Assembly (NCBI RefSeq): GCF_000150275.1
Contig: NW_002060947.1
Location: forward strand, 6,773,648-6,837,647
DNA length: 64,000 nt
Origin: Trichoplax adhaerens
Taxonomy: Eukaryota; Animalia; Placozoa
Direction: 5' to 3'
Shown: piece after piece, positions 1 to 13,081 of the stretch
Numbering within the stretch: the stretch's first letter is position 1
Layout: every line of letters begins with the position of its first letter
The notes under the pieces: generated by a model
What the model saw: only the letters and a program-made list of their open reading frames with translations
What the model was told of the DNA's origin: nothing
Databases searched by the model: none
Made by a program: the position numbers and the translations under genes

Positions 1-39
1 TTACCTTACTAATTTAAATTAATATATCGCAATGAACAG

Positions 40-3000
40 GCTATCAAATTGGGCTCGCTCGAAGAAATACAGAATTTACTTACTCTCAACCGTTATGATT
101 GCAATAAAATCAACTCGGTAGATGAAGAAAATTTATTTACTTTTATGCATTTTGCTGCAAGATATGATCGATCCGATGCTGTTGGTTGCTTGATCGATTT
201 TGGCGCAGGTAAATTTTCAGATTTTTTAAGGTATTCTAGTATACTATTGTCTTATCTCCAAATTGATCGCCAAAAAAAAGCTTTTTAAAAATTCATACTT
301 TAATCTAATCCTGTACGATCTGATCAATATCATTTTACAAACATTTTTCGTTATTTAGATGTTAACAGTAAGGGGGGCAAAGATGGTATTACTCCTCTTC
401 ACATTACTGCCCAGTTTAACGGTACGAGTGCAGCTCAAACCTTAATTCAGTTTGGTGCAATTGTTTCTGCTAATTCTAAAACAAAAGAAAACCCTTTGCA
501 TTATTGCTGTAAATACGGAAATGATAAAGTGGCGGAGGTATTACGATATTATAATTACAATTGCTTAACATATGCAATATTAGTTTCTAGCACTTTAATG
601 TAGCTTAGTATGGGGATTGTAGACTAGCTATTAGCAATGTTTAGTACGATATACGGCTGCGTAATTTTCTATATTAACTTGAAGACATATTTAGTACAGT
701 AGCTTATAATCATAAGCTGTAGTGAAACATTCTATGCAAGTAAAGGCGACTATATACGGCAGAGTATCGAGGCAATATTAAAGTTAGAGGTTAAAATAGA
801 ACTGTAATTTATATATTTGGATGTGCTTAATTCATCGTACTCTTGACTAGTAGAAATAATACATCTACTTAAATACAGTAGTAGCTTCCATATTGGATTA
901 ACGATGATCCACTGTAAAGAGTTGTTACTAATAATAATCTTAATATTTGTAGAATACTGTAGAATGTTGCTATGCTGATTGTAGTTCTGAATGCTACGAA
1001 ATCTATAGTATATGGCATTTATTTTGCATATTTTATACCGTACTTAAAATTTACTTTTAAAGTTATTTCTCACTTCTTATCCTATCCTGAACCTTTTAAA
1101 ATTAATTTATTTGGAAATTGTATCTGAACTAGATCATTGTAAGAGAAGCTGAAAGACTTAATATGACTGGAAAGATTGTTAATCAGCCTGATAACGAGTC
1201 TCACTGTCCTATCCATCTCGCAGCTTTATATAATAATAATACGAAGATAATTAATATTTTAGTAAGCTTAAAATATGATTTAGCAAATGATTTGTAGCTG
1301 ACAATACAGTAGGTACAGGTAGTATATCATATGAACGATAATAGCCTTTCATAACCAATATCTCTTTCCATTTGACGTAATTGTCATATTTGTCATGAAG
1401 CTAAAGCATGGAGCAAGTATAGTAAAAAAGAACCTTACTGGTCGATTACCTTCTCATTTTGCGGCAGAACATATGGATACGGCTATTTTAGAGTATCTGC
1501 TTCAACACGGTAAGCTGGATTTATTCATACATACTGTGAGAAAATATACTACTCATTCATTGCTATTGATCGTGTATAATACAATGAACTCTCCGAAATT
1601 TTCATTTATAGCTAAAATTAAAGGTCTCAACGATTATGTAGTAATGTCTAATAGCGACCGAGGTACAGCTCTTCATATTGCCGCCGATGTTGGTTCCGTT
1701 GTCGTAAGTATTTATAGCATACCTTTGCCTGTTGTGGCTTAATGCAATGTAGTTATACAGTTAAATTTAAATAAAGTTTTGTACTATTAAAACGACATGT
1801 ATTTGATCAATTAGGCAGCAGAAATTTGTTTTAAGTACGGTGCGGAGATCGAAGCTCAAACTGTAAATTGAGTTATAATGCAACGTAATTATTTATTTTA
1901 GAAGAACTATTTAAAATTTAAATAATTACCTTATACCACTTCCTTCTGCATAAGATAATATTGATAGCTAATTAATGTATGGAATTCATGAGATAAAAAT
2001 TTCGACTACAGTGATAATGACACCTAAAATTTTGCTTATTGTATCAGTACGAGCTATTAACACCTTTGCACATTGCGGCTAAAAATGGCAACTACGAATT
2101 TGCTGAGTATCTTATAAACAAAGGTGCTAAAGTTAGCTCAAAAGATAACGAAGGAAGAACTTGCTTACACTATGCAGCTTTGTGCAATAATATTTCTTTA
2201 ACTGAACTTATGATTTATCAGGTATATTCATCAATATAATTTCTGCAGCTTATGTTAAATTGTCATACCATCGTAATTCTCGTCAATTTTATCTCAATAT
2301 TCAGGGAGCAGATATTGAAGCTCGCGATACCACAGGCCAGACACCATTACTTTTAGCTATTGGCAGAGGACATACATCAGTTTTTAAAATATTAGTTGAA
2401 TTAGGTGCTGATATTACGGCTACAGACTTCGATGGTCGGCACTGCATCCATTACATAATTGAGCAAAATGATATTAGCACCATACAGGCAGTCTTAGAAG
2501 TAAGCTTACTACGCCTAGCTTGAACACAATTGACATTAGAAATTAATTACAGATATTATTTTCGTAAATAATATTTCAAAACCGTTGTGGTCCTAAATAG
2601 AATGGAGGAAAAGAATTGGTAAATCGCCCTGATAACAAAGGTGTTGTTCCATCGCGCATTGCAGCCATGAAAGGAACCATTGCAGTAAGTTTCATGATAA
2701 TAAATCTCGATTTTCATACCCTTATAACAGTAAATCGGTTTACTCTTACTAGTCAATTATCCTAAATCTCATATGGCATATATTAAATGTAAACCTTTTA
2801 GCTACGCATGATCTAACTATTCGGGTAATAGTCATCACCGCAGCCACAGTCTACACACAGGGCATCGTTGACGTACGTGTGCAATAACTAAATGCTTAAA
2901 TTCGTTTTCTTAAAACCTTGCAGGCATTATATTATCTACATGAAAACGGTGCCTCTTTGAACTCTTTAGATGAAGAAGGAAATACGCTTTTGCACGTAGC

Positions 3001-6000
3001 AGCCAAAGGCAATCATCGCGATACCGTAAAATTAATCTTAGAAGCTACCAAAGCAAAAGATGTCAATACTAAAAATACATTTGGCCAAAAGCCTATCCAT
3101 ATTGCCGCTAAATACGGCCATAATCGTGTTATCCAGAATATGATTAGGAATGGTGCTGATATTAATAGCAGGTAAAAAGTTGATGATTAAAGTGATTAAT
3201 CGATTGATTGATTTTGGCTTATGATTTTGACTGATAACATTTTTAATAGTAGATTTCAGATAACGAAGATTTTTGATAAATTGTTAGAGACAACTATTTC
3301 TACTATCCTCTACACTATGCTGCTGAAGGTGGATTCACAGCAGCGATCCAGCTGTTGGTTGATAAGAATGCTAGAATTTGTGTCTTAGATCGTTCCAAAG
3401 TAAGTAAATTTTTCATGCTCATCAGCGAAATAGGTCAACTTCAGCAGATACTCAATTTAAATCTTTAAGAATCCTAGTTATACATAGAATAAAATCATTC
3501 ATTCATTTTAATTTCCTTCTTCGCTGAAAGAGATATCTTACATTTAATTGCAGAAACACAGAATCTGTATATGCGAATAATAATGCAGATTAAGATCTTT
3601 ATGTTAGTCAATTTTTTTATATGCGTAAGGGAGATAATAATTTAGACAACTTCCCTTACAAGTATGAAATTGATCTAAAATTTTATTTGTCATTACAATA
3701 TATTTTCTAATTCTTCCAACTTTATATTGTTATTCAAAATAATAATTGAAACTCCTAACAAAATTAGTTTTTAATCCGGTAGAATACAGCCCTTCACTTA
3801 GCATCAGCTAATGGACATCAAGAAGTAGTCAAAATATTGTTAGCAAATGGCGCCGACCCAACAGCAATCAACAGCCAGGGTCTAAATTGTTTAGATGTAG
3901 CCATCGAAAACGATCAAACAGAAATTGGACTACAAATTATCCGTAGTGAATAGTAAGAATCTAATTTGAAATATAATTCTTTACGGTTAATCTCCTATGT
4001 TTGACCTTATCATTTCTGGATTTACTGTAGCTGGTATAGCCAGAATATAGTTATCAAAATATTCATCTCAACATCTTATTTATTAATTCCATTTGTAGTT
4101 GGGAAAAAGCTCTAGAAAATAGAGAATTTGATGGACATACGCCAATGAAGAGGCTTATTAAGAAACTTCCTATTGTTGCTAGTGTAAGTATGAATTACGT
4201 TATGTTCATTTAATATACACATGAAAAAAGTAATAGCAAAATAATTTCTAGTAAAGTACATCGACATCCATAAAACATAATACCGACAGCAGCACTTTGG
4301 ATATTTATAGAAATACGGGAGTGCTGTTATATTATAAATTTTTCTGTATGCACTTGCGCTTTGAATATTACGTTGGGATATGTACTAATAATAGCATCAT
4401 TTACAATCTGAAGATATATCTAGTGATGATAAATTTTAGTTCTTAGCTATAAATCACATTGCAAATCTTAGTAACATCTAACCTATTGTAGGCTGTAATG
4501 GACCGATGCATAACGTATACTACTGATATTGGAGATTGCAATGAAGAACAGGTTAGTTAATTGTGTTCTTGGAGCGGCTATCTTCAATGCTAAATGCGTA
4601 TTAATCCAGATATCTAGATAATTAAATTTGCTTAGCTACAGCTAAATGCTATAGAAAATATCCTTGCAAGGTGTAGTGTAGTCTAGTATTTAAATTATTA
4701 TCGCAATAGGCCTGAGTTTAATTAACGTAGATCTAATAAATAATTCAAAATCATTTTGCTAATCTGTCTTCAGGTTATCTTTAACTTTAGTTATTTGGAA
4801 ACTCCGCCATGCCAAATTAGATATAAAAATGTTAAGGATGACTTTTTGGCAGTTTCGGTATGAATATTTAATGAATAGTTATAGGGAACTTACTAGTTAA
4901 AGCAATGAATATTTTTGTGATACATTTACTAGATTAATACTCTTTTTCAGACCATTCTCTCCTATAATAGAATAAAATTAATGAAACACCCACTCATTTG
5001 GGCTTATCGACACTATAAATGGTATTAGCGATGGGCTATAATCTATTGATACGACCCTTTCTAGAATTATATTCGGTACCTCATCGAAATAAGTTTCCTC
5101 TATTGCACTTATGACTGTATGATAATTCATCAATTTAGGAAATCAGTACTGCGATATTTCTATTATGGAGGATGTTTTATCAATCTTGTATTTCTGTTGG
5201 CTATTTGTATACCTATTGGCTTGAATATAAGCGATTATTATGAAGCACTACGTAATAAAACTGGAAATAACGCTGTCCTAACAGTAGCAGTAACGCAAGT
5301 ATATTATTCGGCAGTCTGCTAATCTTCGTCAATAATTTTATTATTTCTTAATGTAATAGATGTGAGTACTAAGATCATCTTTATAATTAAAACTTTATAC
5401 ATTTATAATCTGGTATATGCCTGTGTAATTGGATAAAAACGTTATTCGAATATAATCAGTATTCGGAAGCAATTCATACAAGAAACATCATCACATTTTC
5501 TGCGGTGGTATTTAATGTCTTCATTAATTTAATCAGATTACTCCTCACAGTAAGTATATATGAACAATACCCATCCTAAGCGATAGCATTTCTTTACTAT
5601 TTGACCTTTAAGGATATTTTAATTGCTTGAATTAATACTAAGTATAATACAATTTGCAATAATAATAATAAATGTAAATGACCATTCTACTCATATAACC
5701 TTTATTTAAGCCAAGAAAACTTATAGCAGAATTTGCAGCTTCAGCGCTAGAAATTGGAATCGAATTAATATCCCTAGTTTATTGCATCCCATTTCAAAGA
5801 CCAATAACAAATCTTTTAGTGCAGATTGGAGCACTCATTATGTTTCTTTCCATTATAAACTTTCTAGTATGGCTGAAAAGGTTAGATATAAATTGGAATT
5901 TCGATTTTGTTTAGACAAATTTAATCTTTATCACGGGTTAATTCTTAAGTTTTTTAAGAAACGAAGAATTTCGTGACTTGTGATTATAAAATTTCACTCT

Positions 6001-7305
6001 TAAGGTCATTATTAAGCTTGAATAGTCGTGATCTGCATCATTGCCTTCCATTACTTAATTTATATTGATAATATAGTAGTAAACTATAACCAATCTTTTA
6101 AAAATATGCCGATATTTGTAACAACTAAAAGAAACGTATAACTTTTTTGACAACTCTAATACAGAGCCTTTGGCATCGGAATATATTTAACCATGTTTTT
6201 CACCATCATGAAGACAATTATTAGAGCTTCACTAGTTATTATTCTATTTTTAATAGCCTTCGCTACTGCATGCTATATGGTTTTAAGACAACTTGTAAGT
6301 AGCAGTAAAATTTCAATATTTTACCATAACATCTTTCATTGAAATTTATTTACTTTTACAGCCAGAGTTCAGCGAATTTGGGTATGCATTTATACGCGTT
6401 CTAACCATGATGGTTGGTGATATCAGTTACCGCGAAGTATTCCTGCATTTACATGATACCAATCAATTGCAATACTCTGGTTTAGCTTTGACCATTATCG
6501 TCTTATTTGTTGTAGTTATTAATATTGCCTTTGCTAATTTATTGGTAAATGGACATCTAACTCTCTTTTATCATATCCCATTCCATTTTCTATTCTATTA
6601 TTGAAACAATTTATATTACTGTTGTTAAGGTCGGCTTGGCTGTAGGAGATATAAATGAAGTCAGATCGAATGCCGATATTAGTTTAATTAAAATGGATCT
6701 CTCTTACATAAACAATTTCAAAACATGTTATTGGCCAAAACGCTTACAAAAATATGTATATCAACCAGTCTTCATAATACGAAAACATCAGAAGATGAGC
6801 CTAAGAGAAAAGGTTGGCGATATTAACTGTTGCACACATCTAGTTTACTACTGTGAAACTTATCATATTTTAGATGACACTTTAAGGTATGGCACATTAT
6901 ATTATTTCTCTAGTTTATTTGGGAACAGCTAACTGCAGGTATTACTCTACAAGCTCCAGCAGAGAATACAGAGGAAATTTGTACAAATATAAGTATATTT
7001 CAAGAACTGAGACAGCAACACTTAGAGTAAGTAAAGTCATTGCTTCTGTTACCTCCACAGATACCATGAAAGATGAGCTATACCTTAAATTATTTATCGT
7101 AATACACTAAAATATTTTATAAAATCAGATTGTATATTGAACTGCTACCACAATCGCCTGGTAATTAAAATTTTTTCATTGCGATTATAGAATCAAAGAT
7201 CTCACAGATAAGTTTATTGACTTTCGATCGGATATCTTTTATCATCTAAGTGTAATAAAACGTTTACAAGAAAAAATGAACGCCGAAGATATTTCAAATG
7301 TATGA
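40..7305 (+). CDS. TRPA1: TRPA1-like ankyrin-repeat TRP channel, tandem copy 1 (5'-partial: exons 2-25; exon 1 lies upstream of the window)
   Basis: Exon 2 starts after the AG at 38-39. Ankyrin exons (TFMHFAA, TPLHIAAKNG, TLLHVAAKG, KPIHIAAKYG) are followed by the linker WEKALE..TPMKRLI..AVMDRC..FNFSYLE..HPLIWAYRHYKW, S1-S6, pore LTMMVGDISYRE (~6400-6440) and GLAVGDINEV (~6630). The last exon ends ...EDISNV* (TGA 7303-7305). No stops or frameshifts were seen in the exons checked. Confidence 0.93.
594..1000 (+). mobile_element. Truncated solo LTR, family A (U3 part only), intron 3 of copy 1
   Basis: Aligns to the reverse complement of 52022-52557 from its 5' end up to just before the TATA box. 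Absent from the same intron in copy 2 (~17640). Confidence 0.8.
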
Positions 7306-7734
7306 GATCTAAGTACATACAAGTTTAATTGATATCAGCGTACGGACAAGCATTTTTACATGTTTATGTATTTGTAGATTCCTTAAAATTTAAGTTAATC
7401 ATATTTAGTTTATGCTAAAAATCTTTATTTACTTAATATAGTTACGTCATTTAATATCGATTCTTTTTGTAAAGAGACTAGCATATACTTATATTTCTTT
7501 TGTGAGCAAGAAACCATCAAATACTTCACTTGAATCATACGTATGTGCACTATTTCCTGTAGTAATATTTATGATTTTAAAAGTTACATACCCAGATCTT
7601 AATCGCAAAGTATCACGGGAGCTTACAAAGTCGTATAGCGAAGGTTGAATTTTAAGAATTTTAATTTAAGATCTTGTACTGTTATTATTATTGTAGCTTT
7701 AATAAATAACTCCTTCGATTTGATTATATTAGAT

Positions 7735-8111
7735 TTTTCTTAGTATCTTATTACCACAACATCCCTTACGATACAAGAAACAGCGCTATTTCTAGTAAGT
7801 TTTATTTTAATCCGTATGAATACTTTCCTAGCCTAAGGTACAGTAACTGGATTCTTTACGAAGTACATACGCTTATGCGCAACACAATATAGCAGAACTC
7901 TTTTCCCTTTCGATCGGTCACTATTCCATTTATAGATACTCTATCATTTGTAGTAAACATATTTACGGCGCTATTAGCATATTTTCAAATAACAATCATG
8001 GTATTAAGTTATAAAATAAAAATATTTGAAGTAATAAACGATTTCCGAATAAAGTCTTTCTCGATTACGAGCTCAATCATATTTTTATATTTCAAATATC
8101 TACTTGAAACA
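7735..8111 (-). mobile_element. Degenerate LTR-like element, same family as 41715-42120
   Basis: Its reverse complement aligns to 41715-42100 (..aaatatgctaatagc..gtaaatatgttta..; ..cggattaaaataaa..). The left end is approximate. Confidence 0.6.
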
Positions 8112-8586
8112 TTTACTATTTCGTCATAATATCATAAGGATTTAACCATATCGATAACAAGAATAAATCTTAAAATAATACGTTATGTTTCCGAAAAGTT
8201 CAAAACAAAATGTTATTATAAGCTATAAATCTATTATATCTAAGTGATTTTTCATGACTACAATATAATACTTAGCATACTAAGAAACTGATTACTTATT
8301 TGGGTTACAATTTAAGAATAGTGGGTAATATAATTTCGTTAAGAATTACATAGTGTAAGATTTTAATTCGAAAGATATGTTTAGTTGGTTTAATATTCTT
8401 GCTTCTTTTGTAGTAAACTAGAAGCAAATTTTGATCACAAAATAAAGTAAAAGTTATGTTACTTCGTCAAGAAATACCCCAAAAGCCTGATATTGTTGAT
8501 CTAGATTCTAATTAAAGATTTTTAGCAATTCGCAGCAGATTTTTATAGTTGTATTCTGCATATAGTAGAAAGACATAATTTAGAAC

Positions 8587-9190
8587 TGTCACAAATATCT
8601 CCTGTTCGTGAGTGATTTTACTTTTCTAGTTACTATATTCTCATTATAAACTGACTACAACATTACTATCGAGAACGAACTACTTGAAAAATCTTAGTTT
8701 ATATTATATTTTATTAGTAAATATGTAAGAAAATCAGATGCAGGACTGTCAAATACAAATGAAATTAGGAACCGAGCAAGCTATTATAAGCTCACCCTTT
8801 TGTACCCTAGGGGCAGGCCGTTATGGCATTACAGCGAATTTAGTTCTACTTATTTTATTAGGACTTGTATTAGTATCTCTTTACAATTGACAACAGGACT
8901 CAGTATAGAAAAGTTTGTAAGCAGCATTAATTAAAATAAATCTATTAATTAATGAATTAGAATCGCGAGGCTCTACACTTAATTAATATATTTCAACAGG
9001 TGCAATAAACTACCATTAGATTACTTGATACTGAGCCAAGTAATTCTATCCTATGGTAGCTTTATAGACAGTGAATTTTACATCTAACATTTATAACCCG
9101 AACTTAATTAGCAATAATGAATTGCAATTAACAAAAATTGGTTAACAATTTTATAAGTAATTAGAACTATTAATTTAGCTTACGGCGACA
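8587..9190 (-). mobile_element. Solo-LTR-like element (604 bp)
   Basis: TGTCAC...GCGACA termini; minus-strand AATAAA (~8711) and a TATA-like site (~8800). The flanks AGAAC/GGCAC match only 3/5. Confidence 0.55.
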
Positions 9191-9689
9191 GGCACGGTAA
9201 CACTCCTCCACAACAAAAGATTTTTTAACAAAGTCTAGATAACGCATCGGTAGCGCAATTCTGGCTACCAGGCCGATGTTTGATTTTGAAGTTTAGTTTG
9301 AGTTTGAATTCAAAGTTGTTAGTATCAATAATTTAGCGTTTATTGTATAATTATTACTCTCGTATGCAGTACTGAAACAGAGATGAGATTTCATAGCCTT
9401 AGTTGCAATGTCATGTATTACCATATTTCACTATAGTCTATTCTTAACACAAACTCATTTTCTGTAATACTGTAGCATATTTCCATATATAGACGATATA
9501 TGTTTTACCATAAATTTTATGGTCTTCTAATAATAATCTAGATTGATTTTAATAAAGAGATATTGCAATTTATTAATGCACTTTAATTAAATTACTCCCT
9601 CATAAAAATAAAATTCTTTTCCGCTTAAGTATAATAATTTTACTAGTCGATCCCTTAAATTTAATCGGATATTGGCTCAGACTTTTAGT

Positions 9690-11130
9690 CAAAGTCGCTT
9701 CGCATAAGAATACCCAATTCTAACCTTATATGGAAAACTTTTCTTACATACCGTTCCATTATACTGCATGCGGTGACTTGCTATCAACGGCTAGACCATC
9801 AATTGTAAACGAGGCCAAAATTGATGTAACAGATAAAATTGAGTAAGTTTTGAATTAAAATCATCCATATTTTATCTCTGGATACTAGCTATTCCTACAT
9901 TTTCAGTAATTTTAATAGTAAAAATCCAGTTTAAAAATTTTAATGAATTGATACTAACTTATTTCTGATCTAGAATATTCCTTTGCGTCTTGCCTGTGCT
10001 AATAGCTTTACAAATTTTAGTAAATTTATTAGTTGATCAAAACGCTGATCCAACATAGACCAATTATCGTGTTTAAACCTATCTGGATATTTGCATTGAG
10101 ACCTATCAGTCTAAATTAGGGTCTGTTACTTTAAAAGGATAGTTTTATTTTATGTGCACCAGGAGTTTCTGACGAGACTATAAAAGGCTGGTGCCTGAAG
10201 ATCCCTTTTTAGTTAGTTAGTCGGTTAGATAGTTAACTAGTTTATCAATTGATATTTAATTGTAAAGATTATAATCTTGGGTGCCAAGATTTCTTCAGTA
10301 ATAAATGATAGTAAATCTCTGACTATCTCGTCTACACTATCTGTGACGCTATAATTATACCATAGTATTCGATTGTTGGAACTGAATTATTTGGTGATAT
10401 AACTAATCTCACCTCTTTAAGTTAGTAAGTGACGTTCTCCGCAAGCATTGGTGTGTGTAGACTACTTTGTCGCTATTGGTGTGTGACAGGGTCTAAAATT
10501 GTTAAGAGTAAATAGCAAGTTGCCTGTCAAAAGTATAGCTAACAGTTGTTTTACTCATGGCATAGATGCCTATAAATTTGATTATGAGTTGATTAACTCT
10601 ACCACCAAAAAAGTTTTGAAAAGTCGAGCTTATGATGGTTATTCCTCCATGGAAAGACTGATTGAAAATTACCAACTGTTGCTAAAGTCAGTAAATTCAC
10701 TAAAGAAAATTTTTGTTTCTTGTAAAATGAAATATCGATTATAACTCATAATCTCATTAAAGTTTTCGTTAAATTCTTGACTATTTAACAGGATGCTTCA
10801 GATAAATGTGCTATTCTTTCGAAAAATACTGTGGACGATTCCAAACAGGTCGATAAAAGAATTATGGTAGATTCTACTACAGTTGAAGCTAAAATTTAAG
10901 TACGAGAGATTTCTTTGAAAATTTAGGTAACATTTGATTTTCATTGCTTGGAAAGCTTCCCAGAATATAAGCAACTCTAGAAAGTTAAAGATAAATATTT
11001 AGCCGTAAAGATAAAGCTTTTGTCTTAAAAGACTTCGCTAATATTCCCTGTCTAAATTATCAATCTTTCTGAAAATCCAATATAGACCTCAAATTTAATA
11101 ATTGTGCATTCATTGTACACTGAATGATCA
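9690..11130 (+). pseudogene. Decayed, divergent TRPA paralog fragment (equivalents of exons ~12-17), interrupted by a solo LTR
   Basis: Collinear exon relics: ENFSYIPFHYTACG...AKIDVTDK (~9730-9842, exon 12); NIPLRLACAN...NADPT*...YLDICIE...KLG (~9975-10123, exon 13, resumes after the LTR); KKVLKSRAYDGYSSMERLIE (~10605-10670, exon 14); DASDKC..DDSKQ (~10792-10848, exon 15); VTFDFHCLESFP..*KVKDKYLAV (~10927-11007, exon 16). Contains stops and frameshifts. Confidence 0.8.
10124..10488 (+). mobile_element. Solo LTR (365 bp) inserted in a pseudogene exon
   Basis: TGTTAC...GTGACA; exact TSD GGGTC at 10119-10123 and 10489-10493; TATAAAA at 10179; AATAAA ~10300. Confidence 0.9.
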
Positions 11131-11459
11131 TATTGCAATTTCAGTATCTTTAGATTTATACCGTAAAAGCAATTTCAAATAGTGATTTAGTACAGTAAGA
11201 ATAATAATAAGATATACGTGGATTCAATGGATATAATAATTTTACAATTATACTTTATTCCAAAAGCTTCAACAATTATTAATACAAGAATCACATGAAG
11301 AGGATTCTTTAAAGCCTTTATATTACTTTACGTGATGCACGTACACCTATAAATTTTAAAACTATAGCTAATAAAACTATAGCCGAATTTTATCTGAGTT
11401 TTAGACAATTGGTGGACCGAGTTCGCATTATTTATTTAATGATAGTCGTTATAGCCTGT

Positions 11460-12105
11460 TATACACCTTCCTGAAGTTATCTTTTAAATAGATTTGATCT
11501 AATTATGATGTTAAATGTAAACCATTAATATTTAAATAGATAATATGCAGTAAAATACTTAGTTGCCGAGAATTTATTACTTAAATTATTACAGCCAGTA
11601 CTATACCGTAACTGGTTATAGTTGCCATACCTTATGCCGTATTAATTAATCTGACCCAAGCACAATAAATTTAATTGACTCTTTACTGAAGAATTGGACA
11701 TAGATTAGAAATGGTATGTTAATGTCTGGTAATAAATTGTACGATGCTAATTCCATTATTATATCATAACGCCAGTTACGCCCAGAACAAACTATTACTG
11801 GTAATATCAAGACTAATGTTTTGAAATGTTCGAAAATTAATTACTAGAGTCCAAATTTTATTTCATTTTCTCCTACAGTACATCAGAAATTTTTACAAGT
11901 CTTCATATTGTTGATACTCCTAGTTTAATTAATTCTATTGATATCTGTCCTCTTCAATAATGCAATTTATTTTTGAACTTGAAGTTTTTAGCCATGCTAC
12001 AATTTACTCTTTTATATGAAACAAAGGCAGTAACAAATTCAGGTAGCATCTGCATACGTAACAGCAGGAAGAGGAAATGAGCAAGAATGATACATTTAAA
12101 TGAAG
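11460..12105 (-). pseudogene. Possible GPCR relic, TM5 to helix 8 half, upstream of copy 2 exon 1 (homologs at ~26775-27640 and ~57885-58600)
   Basis: Minus strand: FLFLLLRMQMLPEFVTAFVSYKRV (TM5-like P..Y.R), KTLVLILPVI..FWA* (TM6-like), KDNFRKVY (11484-11461, helix-8-like). Highly degenerate. Confidence 0.3.
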
Positions 12106-13081
12106 TTGATAAACATAGTCTCATTATAATTATAAATGATGTAATGTTATTCTTGAAAGATTTAGAATCTAAATGAATAGCCCTTCATATAGCATAATTC
12201 GTAATTTATAATTCTCAAGCAAATAAACTTTGACAATACAAATAGTATGATAGACAAATATATAAAACTATCAACAGATTAAAAATTAATCCATATATGG
12301 ATTAAAGCTAAAAATTATTGTTTCTACAGAAATTATAAATTATGTTAGCATTGGAAAGTGTATCAAAAATTTCGACATATTAGCTGATGTATAACATACG
12401 TATTTCACATAGCTATTACATACCTTGTAGATCACTTTTATAGACGAGAGCATATAGTAATATCTAAAAGTGGAATTAACGATACACAAATTGATATTTT
12501 ATTCATAAATAAGAGCAACTACTCCGTCAATAGATTACACTTTAATCCACATGCGGATTAGACGAGAAATTAAAATTTCTGCAGATATTATAAAGTAGAG
12601 TAGTATTGGAAAGTATATCTGTAATTTCCGACACCTTCACTGATGTATATTTCACATAGTTACTACATACCATATCGATCGACTATAATTTATATTACAT
12701 AAAAATTTGGCGATCATCGCCATTCTTTTGAAGGTTGCACTTTCGTCGGTCTGGATCACAATAATTATAATTGAATTAATTACTAGACCGTTGAGCGTAT
12801 CTGGAGTGTAGAAAGTAGAAATTGAATTTCAAAGGAAGCATTTATATACGTCCAGCTATGCTAGTATAAGTATAAAAATTATCGTTCTGCTGATTAAAAT
12901 CTGATTAAACACAGAACCGCCTTCTTTTAATTTTGACTAATAAATTAGGAAATCGAAAAAAATAATTATACTTTCAAATTCACGAATGATTTTAATTACC
13001 TGTTAATCGTTTACAAAATTATAGGAATTTTAAAATTAAACTGACACGATTGCTTACGATCTGTTTGACGGAAATACCAAC

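Noticed and set aside
6889-7110. ORF-track peptides at 6889, 25871 and 55461 that look conserved
   Set aside because: Wrong frame. Splice phases give FIWEQLTAG...QELRQQHL, which joins exons 23 and 25 in frame.
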